A stretch of DNA of 64,000 nucleotides from Promethearchaeati archaeon SRVP18_Atabeyarchaeia-1. Its GTDB lineage: Archaea; Asgardarchaeota; Atabeyarchaeia; Atabeyarchaeales; Atabeyarchaeaceae. Position numbers and translations under genes: made by a program. The notes under the pieces were generated by a model. It saw only the letters and a list, made by a program, of their open reading frames with translations. It was not told where the DNA came from and did no database searches. How positions within the stretch are numbered: position 1 is the first letter of the stretch; every line of letters starts with the position of its first letter. Shown in pieces: positions 57,821 through 64,000 of this stretch. The stretch is taken from assembly GCA_037308085.1 (NCBI GenBank), contig CP147779.1, forward strand, positions 1,088,001-1,152,000. Reading direction: 5' to 3'.

Positions 57821-58109
57821 CTTTGTGCTACTCCCATCGTCTTAGTGTACCCTGCAAGTTGTGAAGCGAGACGTCAGGGAGCTTATCAAAGGCTCCCCAG
57901 AGACCGCCCTCATCTAATAGAGAGACGCCTATGCGATAGACTTAGAATCGGAGATCCTCCACATCGCACCTTACGGAAGGAAAAAGGCATGGCTTATCTT
58001 GCACGGCATTTCACGCCGCGTCTTCTTTTTCTTGAGCTGTGGCAACTATGATGTCAAACTCCACTTTGGCTTCAACAAGAGGGAAACGATGTAGTACTCG
58101 GCGACAAAG
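57821..58109. ncRNA. Candidate ~290-nt structured RNA / 3' UTR
   Basis: Interrupted ~18-bp closing helix 57821-57840/58086-58109; inner stems 57853-57858/57998-58003, 57877-57897 and 57932-57968. Confidence 0.45.
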
Positions 58110-58207
58110 TAAGGACAGGCTAATATACTAATCATTGTTTCAAAGCTTATTTATCGAATTGATGCAGGGAACATTAACAAGTGCGCCGAATAGTGTTCTC
58201 CGTGGAG

Positions 58208-58990
58208 ATGACTACATTGGATCTTCTGAAGGTTGTTGAGGGCTTACCCAAGACGGAACTTGTTTACTGGAGGGATTCCTATGTTAAGAGCTTCGAAGCC
58301 GAGGTTCTCAGGGTCGTACCCGACGGTAAGAAGAAGGCGTACCTCATTCTGGGAAAAACAATCTTTCATTACAAAGGTGGTGGGCAGCCGTCAGATTCGG
58401 GGAATTTGATGACCACCTCTGGCACGAGCTTCAGCGTCAAGAAGGTCATGGCTGCGAACGAAGTTGTGGTGCATTATGGCTTTATTGATGAGGGAGGGCT
58501 TGACCAGCTGAATACAGGGACGAGGGTGAAAGGTGAGATAAACTGGAGCGACAGGTACTCCGCAATGAGGAAGCATACGGCAGGACACCTACTCGACCAC
58601 TGCTTGGATACGGCGACTGGGCGGTCTCCGAGAACAATCGACTCTTGGCTCGGCGATCCGAGCTATGTCACATATGCTGGTCAAATGCCAAGCCCGGTGG
58701 AGATCGATAAGGCAATCGGGCTTGAGATTGAAAGCATCAAACGAGGGCTCCCCGTTAGAATTGATTTCGTATCTTATGAGGAGATGCTACGGGTCGCCGC
58801 AGATGCGCCTAACATAGCTAGGCTCCCTCAGTCGGACTTGATGAGAATTGTGACGATCGAGGGCTGCAAACCAATACCTTGTGGTGGAACCCACGTTAGC
58901 AACACCAGAGAAATCGGAAGGTTCGAACTGAGAAAATTCGAAGTAGTCGATGACGGTAGGAGTTTCAGAGTGTACTACAACTTGATATAA
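58208..58990 (+). CDS. alaX: Alanyl-tRNA editing protein AlaX-M
   Basis: GGGQPSD, HTAGH, CGGTH. Confidence 0.92.
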   Translation: MTTLDLLKVVEGLPKTELVYWRDSYVKSFEAEVLRVVPDGKKKAYLILGKTIFHYKGGGQPSDSGNLMTTSGTSFSVKKVMAANEVVVHYGFIDEGGLDQLNTGTRVKGEINWSDRYSAMRKHTAGHLLDHCLDTATGRSPRTIDSWLGDPSYVTYAGQMPSPVEIDKAIGLEIESIKRGLPVRIDFVSYEEMLRVAADAPNIARLPQSDLMRIVTIEGCKPIPCGGTHVSNTREIGRFELRKFEVVDDGRSFRVYYNLI

Positions 58991-59075
58991 ATGACCTTCA
59001 GGCATCTTCACAGAACTGTGCGTCAAAATGTCTCCTAAGGGATCACTACCATCTGGTTTGAGGAGGTCAGTGAGA

Positions 59076-59819
59076 TTGGCTGATCCAAAGTTGCAGAGAA
59101 CAACGGACGTTTCTCTCGCTGCGGTTTTCGGAGCCATCATCGCCCTCTCATCGATCATACCATTGAGCATAATCGTCGGCGGAATCGGCGTGTTCAACCT
59201 GACGTGGGTTATGCAGACTCTGACTGGTATACTGCTCGGTCCATACGTAGGTGGAGGAGCAGCAATGGCGGGGGGAATTGTCGGTGAGACGATCAGCCCC
59301 TCCGCATTCGGTCTCCTAGGCTTTCTACGACCGACTCTGGGTGCCTTGCAGGCTGGGCTGATCGTCTGGAGACTCTGGCGCGTGGCAGCTCTTATGTTGG
59401 GCTCCCTGGTTGTGGTGTGGTTTCTCCTACCCATTGGCTTGTCTGTATGGCCCATGGCGCTGTTCCCACTCTTGGGTCTCGCCATTATCGTCTCTCTTGG
59501 CAGAAGGTTGCCAGCAACGATTCGAGAATCAAAGAACAATAGGAGCATATTCTTGGGTTGGCTTCTGACTGCATACTGTGCCAACATAACAAGACACATG
59601 TTTGGGAATATCTGGCTTGCACTTCTGTCGTTGCCGGAGCAGTATTTCTGGGCCGCCTTGCCCCTAACTGTGGTCGAGCAGACGATGTTCGCTCTAGCAT
59701 CGGCGGTAGTTGGCGTCTCAACGCTTCTGGCTGCGAGGAGAGCTAGACTTAATATACCACTCATCCGCCTAGAGGGACATCCGATTGCCCTAAGGCTGAC
59801 CTGCTTAAGGATCGCTTAA
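59076..59819 (+). CDS. ECF-transporter S-component-like membrane protein
   Basis: LAAVFGAI, GILLGPYVG and 6-7 TM helices; TTG start after GGAGG. Confidence 0.7.
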   Translation: MADPKLQRTTDVSLAAVFGAIIALSSIIPLSIIVGGIGVFNLTWVMQTLTGILLGPYVGGGAAMAGGIVGETISPSAFGLLGFLRPTLGALQAGLIVWRLWRVAALMLGSLVVVWFLLPIGLSVWPMALFPLLGLAIIVSLGRRLPATIRESKNNRSIFLGWLLTAYCANITRHMFGNIWLALLSLPEQYFWAALPLTVVEQTMFALASAVVGVSTLLAARRARLNIPLIRLEGHPIALRLTCLRIA

Positions 59820-59838
59820 ATCCAAGTTCTGCTTTTCG

Positions 59839-60147
59839 GTGTTAATGTTCCAAATGAATGTGGACGGGTGTTCTCCTCTGCCAGCAAAACTCCACGATTC
59901 ATCGAAAAGCCATGACCGCAAGAAGGACTCGCCTAGGAAGATAAGAGTCTGCCCTTTCTGCAAGAAACCGACACTGCGAGTGGCGGACAGCATATCTGGC
60001 TGGATGACGGCTGACATATACAGATGTGACACTTGTGGGTACCGAGGTCCCGTATTTATCGAGGTTGACCTAGACGAATTCGAGAAAATGATGCAAGCAT
60101 CACCTGCAGAGGACGAGCAAGAACAGGAAGAAGAAGACGAAAAATAG
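59839..60147 (+). CDS. Small Zn-ribbon protein with acidic tail
   Basis: CPFC...SISGW...YRCDTCGYRGPV; start uncertain. Confidence 0.75.
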   Translation: MLMFQMNVDGCSPLPAKLHDSSKSHDRKKDSPRKIRVCPFCKKPTLRVADSISGWMTADIYRCDTCGYRGPVFIEVDLDEFEKMMQASPAEDEQEQEEEDEK

Positions 60148-60157
60148 AAAAGCTGTC

Positions 60158-60718
60158 TTAGACGATTTCGAATGTGGATCCATCAGTGGCCTGAGGTCTC
60201 AGCTTGTTCACGCTGGGGGACATCAAATACTTTACTGAAAGCTTCACCTTCTCCTTTTCATCCGAAATAAGCCATTTCAGAGGTTTTCCAAGCAGATGCA
60301 GGGCAAAGAAATCCAATGTAATCTCTCTCTTTCCAAGTTCCTTGAGCCTCTGGACGGTTATCTCTGCTTCAGCCCTTTCGTTTGGAGGTAGCTCTCGTTT
60401 CAGCCTTTCTTCAAGAAGTTTGATCGGGGCGGAATTCCTTTCACCCTTAACCCACATCGAATTCCTGATCTTGTCAAAAGTACCCTCGACGCTTCTTATT
60501 GCACCCATTAGGTTGTCAACCGTTTGCCTAAGCGTTATTCCATCATACCTTTGATCAGCTATGAATGCAAGCCTGTCCATGATAGTATCTATGTCCATCC
60601 TCCACCTGTCAGACATCTCTCTTATGACATCGAGGACACAGCTCATGCAAGTTGGGCAGTCATCCTCCACGACCCATTTCGCACGCTTCAAGCAGTATTT
60701 CTTCTTGTCGATGCTCAA
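60158..60718 (-). CDS. Hypothetical protein with N-terminal Cys cluster
   Basis: C-x11-CPTCMSC followed by a helical body; TTG start after GGGGG. Confidence 0.6.
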   Translation of the reverse strand: MSIDKKKYCLKRAKWVVEDDCPTCMSCVLDVIREMSDRWRMDIDTIMDRLAFIADQRYDGITLRQTVDNLMGAIRSVEGTFDKIRNSMWVKGERNSAPIKLLEERLKRELPPNERAEAEITVQRLKELGKREITLDFFALHLLGKPLKWLISDEKEKVKLSVKYLMSPSVNKLRPQATDGSTFEIV

Positions 60719-61014
60719 ATGCACGCCCCCGCTACAATAGAGTAATCCACAAGATAGTATAAAACTTCCACGCATTCTTTAATCTTTCTTCATTCAGAAG
60801 GATTGTGCACTCGTAAAGTTGCGACTGCCGCAAAAATCTAGCACAGACATCACGCGCCGAGTTGACCATTCGCATCTGGGAAAACACTTAAGGAGCGGAT
60901 TCCTTCCTAGAACAATCGAACATGATCGAGGAGCAGTCCTCAAGAACTTTGCCGGCAAATGTGCTTGAATTAATCCTTTTCTCCAAACATTGTCATGTCA
61001 TGGGGCGTCAGGGC

Positions 61015-61659
61015 TTGTTGACTAAGCTCATAGGTGGGATAGATGAGGCAGGTAGAGGTCCTGTCATAGGTCCAATGGTTCTAGCCGGCGTCGTAATGAG
61101 AGAAGATCGACTTCAGAAGCTTGTTGACATGGGGGCTCGGGACTCCAAGAAACTTACCCCGAAGAAACGGGCTGAACTCGCGCCGTTGATAGAGTGTGCG
61201 GCTAACAGGCTACTCTATGTGGAAGTCACGCCTGAGGAGATCGATGCCAGAGTCGACAAGGGGATCACCCTGAATCAACTCGAAGCAGAGAAGATTGTAT
61301 TCATGATAAACCAGCTTAAGCCTGATAAGGTCTATATTGACTGCCCCGACGTAAATCCAGAAAGATTCACCCAGTGGCTGAAGAACGGGGTAAAATCAAA
61401 GCAAGTCGAAATAGTAGCACAGCACTACGCGGACGAGAGCATACCTGTCGTCTCAGCGGCATCTATTGTTGCCAAGGTCAGGAGAGACAACCGACTCAAA
61501 GAACTTTCGGAGCGGCTCGGAGACATAGGAAGTGGATACCCGAGCGATCCGCGGACAATGCTGTATTTGGAGAAAGCCTTGGCTCACGGGGACAGGATGG
61601 CGGAAAGTCACACATCTCTGAGGCACAGCTGGGCAACGGTGAAACGACTTCGCAAGTAG
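61015..61659 (+). CDS. rnhB: Ribonuclease HII
   Basis: GIDEAGRGPVIGP, DSKKL, SAASIVAK, GSGYPSD, RHSW. Confidence 0.97.
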   Translation: MLTKLIGGIDEAGRGPVIGPMVLAGVVMREDRLQKLVDMGARDSKKLTPKKRAELAPLIECAANRLLYVEVTPEEIDARVDKGITLNQLEAEKIVFMINQLKPDKVYIDCPDVNPERFTQWLKNGVKSKQVEIVAQHYADESIPVVSAASIVAKVRRDNRLKELSERLGDIGSGYPSDPRTMLYLEKALAHGDRMAESHTSLRHSWATVKRLRK

Positions 61660-61670
61660 TGGAGGTTGCG

Positions 61671-61679
61671 TTTTTTTTT
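61671..61679 (+). terminator. Oligo-T archaeal terminator after rnhB
   Basis: T9 run starting 12 nt after the stop codon. Confidence 0.6.
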
Positions 61680-61720
61680 GGACTGTTTTCTCAGGCTGGG
61701 ATTTTGTGGATCAGCATTCT

Positions 61721-61930
61721 TCACAAAGGAGGAAATGTGTCGTTAGCTTGTTTCCGCGTTTGCGTAATTGGTTTCACGATAATTATGAGTTTTCCTTTAC
61801 TGGTGGTTCTTGTATCCCATAGGATCTTGTCGCCCTGTTTCAGGTTGTAGAGTTTCACTATGAAGTTTGGTAGTGTGGTGCGAAGGCTTTCAGTCTCTGG
61901 TCTGGCTCTGGTTAATGTGGTTACTTGCAT
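61721..61930 (-). CDS. AbrB/MazE/SpoVT-type DNA-binding protein
   Basis: SLRTTLPNFIVKLYNLKQGDKILW; AGGAG RBS before ATG 61930. Confidence 0.85.
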   Translation of the reverse strand: MQVTTLTRARPETESLRTTLPNFIVKLYNLKQGDKILWDTRTTSKGKLIIIVKPITQTRKQANDTFPPL

Positions 61931-61957
61931 GGTTTTCCCACTCCTTGGATGATTCAC

Positions 61958-62037
61958 ATAGGTAGACTCATCTATAGCCTTTTCTACCAAAAGATACATA
62001 TAGATAGGTAGCCTACCTATATAGGTAGAATAGGTAG
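61958..62037. repeat. ATAGGTAG x4 direct plus one inverted copy (includes the 16-bp palindrome CTACCTATATAGGTAG); operator/iteron array
   Basis: Copies at 61958, 62004, 62021 and 62030; inverted copy at 62013. Confidence 0.8.
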
Positions 62038-62054
62038 AAAAGGGAGCGGGGAAA

Positions 62055-63023
62055 ATGCGTGCAAATCCATTGATGAATCGCGAAGCGCTGAGTCAGGAGG
62101 AGCGAAGTTATCTTCTTGGACTCTACCTTGCAGATGGATGGGTATCTAGGCAGTCCAAAGGGAGCCTTATTGTTACTTTTTCTCTTCAGGGAAATGAGGA
62201 GGCAATAGTGGACAGGGTTGCTGCTCTAATGAGGCGGGCTAACTTGAAGCCTCATGTGGGTAGGTGGTTCGACAATTGCATCCTGGTCTACGCGTGTTGC
62301 AAGAACCTCTGCGATTTCTTCCCGGATAAGGAGGGGCTCTCTCGCGACAAGGCTGCGAGACAGAGGTTCTTTGACAATAACAATCTGCTGAGAGACTTTG
62401 CGAATCGTGTTGCGTTCTGCGCTGGTCTCCTAGATGGCGACGGTTGGTGTAAGGCTTATCTCCTTAAGGGAAGGAAGCCTGGAAGGCGGAGCTTCGAATA
62501 TATCCTAATCAAGTGGGGTTTCAGTCAGCTCAGTTACCCTTTTCTGATCCCCCTATTTCAGGGGTTTTTGGAGTCCCTTGCGCCGAACTCTACAAACATC
62601 GGCTACATCAGACATGTAGGCTACGAGACGGTGAGGTACGTACGTATCAATAAAAGAGCTAGGGAAGCTTTGCTGCAAGCAGGAGTTGCAGTCTGGTCGT
62701 GGAAGGCTACCGAGTTCCAGAACGTCGTCTCCGAGTTTCATGCGAAGAGGGACAGGGAGCGAACAGATGCGATGGAGAAGGCTGTTGGGGGAGATATCAA
62801 GCTTGTGGACGTGGCCAGGATGCTAGGCGTTAGCTGCCACACGCCGTATCAGAGGTATCGGTATGGAAGCCTCAATGCTAGGCTGGTGCATGTTCGGAAA
62901 GGTAGACCACAAAAGTACTTGGTGATACCGAGAGAGGAGGTCGAGAGACTTATGAAGAGAAAGAGTCAATACCAAAAAGAGAGAATATCAATGCAAGCTA
63001 GATCATATCAGCAAGAAGGGTAA
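62055..63023 (+). CDS. Free-standing two-motif LAGLIDADG endonuclease with C-terminal excisionase/MerR-like HTH
   Basis: YLLGLYLADG and FCAGLLDGDG; KLVDVARMLGVS...IPREEVERL. Confidence 0.85.
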   Translation: MRANPLMNREALSQEERSYLLGLYLADGWVSRQSKGSLIVTFSLQGNEEAIVDRVAALMRRANLKPHVGRWFDNCILVYACCKNLCDFFPDKEGLSRDKAARQRFFDNNNLLRDFANRVAFCAGLLDGDGWCKAYLLKGRKPGRRSFEYILIKWGFSQLSYPFLIPLFQGFLESLAPNSTNIGYIRHVGYETVRYVRINKRAREALLQAGVAVWSWKATEFQNVVSEFHAKRDRERTDAMEKAVGGDIKLVDVARMLGVSCHTPYQRYRYGSLNARLVHVRKGRPQKYLVIPREEVERLMKRKSQYQKERISMQARSYQQEG

Positions 63024-63208
63024 TAGGCTGTACGAGGTATTGTTGATCTCATGGTGAGTTACGATTTAACGATAATGCTTACAGCGGTGCGCGGTTAAGA
63101 GGATTAGGAATCCCAGCGATATGAAGCGGCGACGGATGTGAGCATAGATATGTCTCTATATTTTTCTCGGTCGGATGGTCCTCTGGTAGCGTGTCGAGGT
63201 AGTCGGAA

Positions 63209-64000
63209 TTGAGTCTAACCGATCTCAACAAGCTGCTGGAAGTGGGGGAAAACAGACGCTTCGAGTTTAAGCGGCAACTTTCGTTAGACGACCTAAGGAA
63301 TGATCGCCGAAGACAGAAGTTGGTCGCTCAGCTGAAATACATTACCGCGGAAGATGAGGGGATATTTCTTGTTGGGATTGAGGACATTCACGGAGATCGG
63401 TGGGAAGTACGTGGTCTTGGAGATAGCGAGATAGCTGTAGCTGAAGAAGTTCTTGGAGAGCTCTGTAAAGAAGCAGGCTTGGAGATTGCGGAGAAGGAAC
63501 TCTTTAGGACCAAAAACGGGCTTGTCGAGAAGTTTGTTATAGAAAGAAAGGCAATTCCAGCCGAAGCACAGGAGACAATTGGCATCAACATCGCAGGTAG
63601 AGTGAACGCGGGAAAGAGCACGTTAGTCGGGGTACTGACAAGCGGAGAGCTGGACGATGGGAAGGGTAGGGCGCGGGCGCCGTTGCTGAAGCATCCGCAG
63701 GAGCTTGAAGGGGGTCAGACAACAGATCTTCACGTAACCTTCCTTGGCTTCGATGCGGAAAACCAAGCTATGCTACTGAGGAAACCAGCTGACATCGAGG
63801 AGATCTCAAGGATCCTAGAGCAGTCCAAGAGAATCGTAATATTCTACGACGCTCCAGGTCATTCAATCTATGTCAAGACATTGATTCGAAGCATCTTGGG
63901 CGCCGACGCACAGTTCGCGATGGTTCTGATACCAGCAGCGGACGAGCATGAGTTGATCTTGAACGAGGAAATAAGATCCAACCTAACTAAGCTAGATGAC
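63209..64000 (+). CDS. GTPBP1-like translational GTPase with N-terminal AlbA_2/Schlafen-like domain, truncated by window edge; not in ORF track
   Basis: GENRRFEFK..LVAQLKY..LVGIED; AGRVNAGKSTLVGVLTSGELDDGKGRAR..KHPQE; DAPGH. TTG start after GAGGT. Confidence 0.9.
   Translation, partial: MSLTDLNKLLEVGENRRFEFKRQLSLDDLRNDRRRQKLVAQLKYITAEDEGIFLVGIEDIHGDRWEVRGLGDSEIAVAEEVLGELCKEAGLEIAEKELFRTKNGLVEKFVIERKAIPAEAQETIGINIAGRVNAGKSTLVGVLTSGELDDGKGRARAPLLKHPQELEGGQTTDLHVTFLGFDAENQAMLLRKPADIEEISRILEQSKRIVIFYDAPGHSIYVKTLIRSILGADAQFAMVLIPAADEHELILNEEIRSNLTKLDD

Noticed and set aside
58787-59764. 325-aa minus-strand ORF
   Set aside because: Antisense shadow of alaX and the membrane-protein gene.
62055-63023. 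Intein- or intron-encoded homing endonuclease
   Set aside because: No intein termini or HINT motifs; the flanking genes are uninterrupted and no rRNA/tRNA host is visible.
1-64000. tRNA, rRNA or transposase genes
   Set aside because: No cloverleaf/T-loop, rRNA signature or transposase ORF recognised by eye; tRNAscan-SE would be needed to exclude split or intron-containing tRNAs.

Overview
Archaeal chromosomal DNA, most likely from an Asgard archaeon. The taxonomic inference rests on a longin-domain protein, a eukaryote-like STT3/AglB, a SNAP-like solenoid, stand-alone 7TM proteins and a TrmB-coiled-coil giant protein. The window holds about 60 mostly housekeeping or metabolic genes, including aglB, serS, a priS-like primase, tldD/pmbA, psmA, alaX, rnhB and a GTPBP1-like GTPase. 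A block at about 32-52 kb encodes acyl-CoA/lipid catabolism: CoA ligases, a PhlABC-like thiolase/DUF35/inactive HMG-CoA-synthase trio, an Ltp3/Ltp4-like pair, acyl-CoA dehydrogenases, BKACE, SCP2 and an OYE. A small AbrB + LAGLIDADG cassette lies near the right end. The most unusual signal is non-coding. Nearly every large intergenic gap (about 4978-5367, 11275-11651, 16370-16490, 38245-38479, 45871-46282, 49362-49772, 57821-58109) folds by eye into nested long helices with strand-biased G-U pairs. Several have their own TATA box or lie antisense to both neighbours, and none matches RNase P, SRP, tRNA or rRNA hallmarks I could recognise. This suggests a dense set of undescribed 100-410 nt structured ncRNAs. 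Folding was done by eye and needs computational confirmation. No tRNA, rRNA or CRISPR array was seen.
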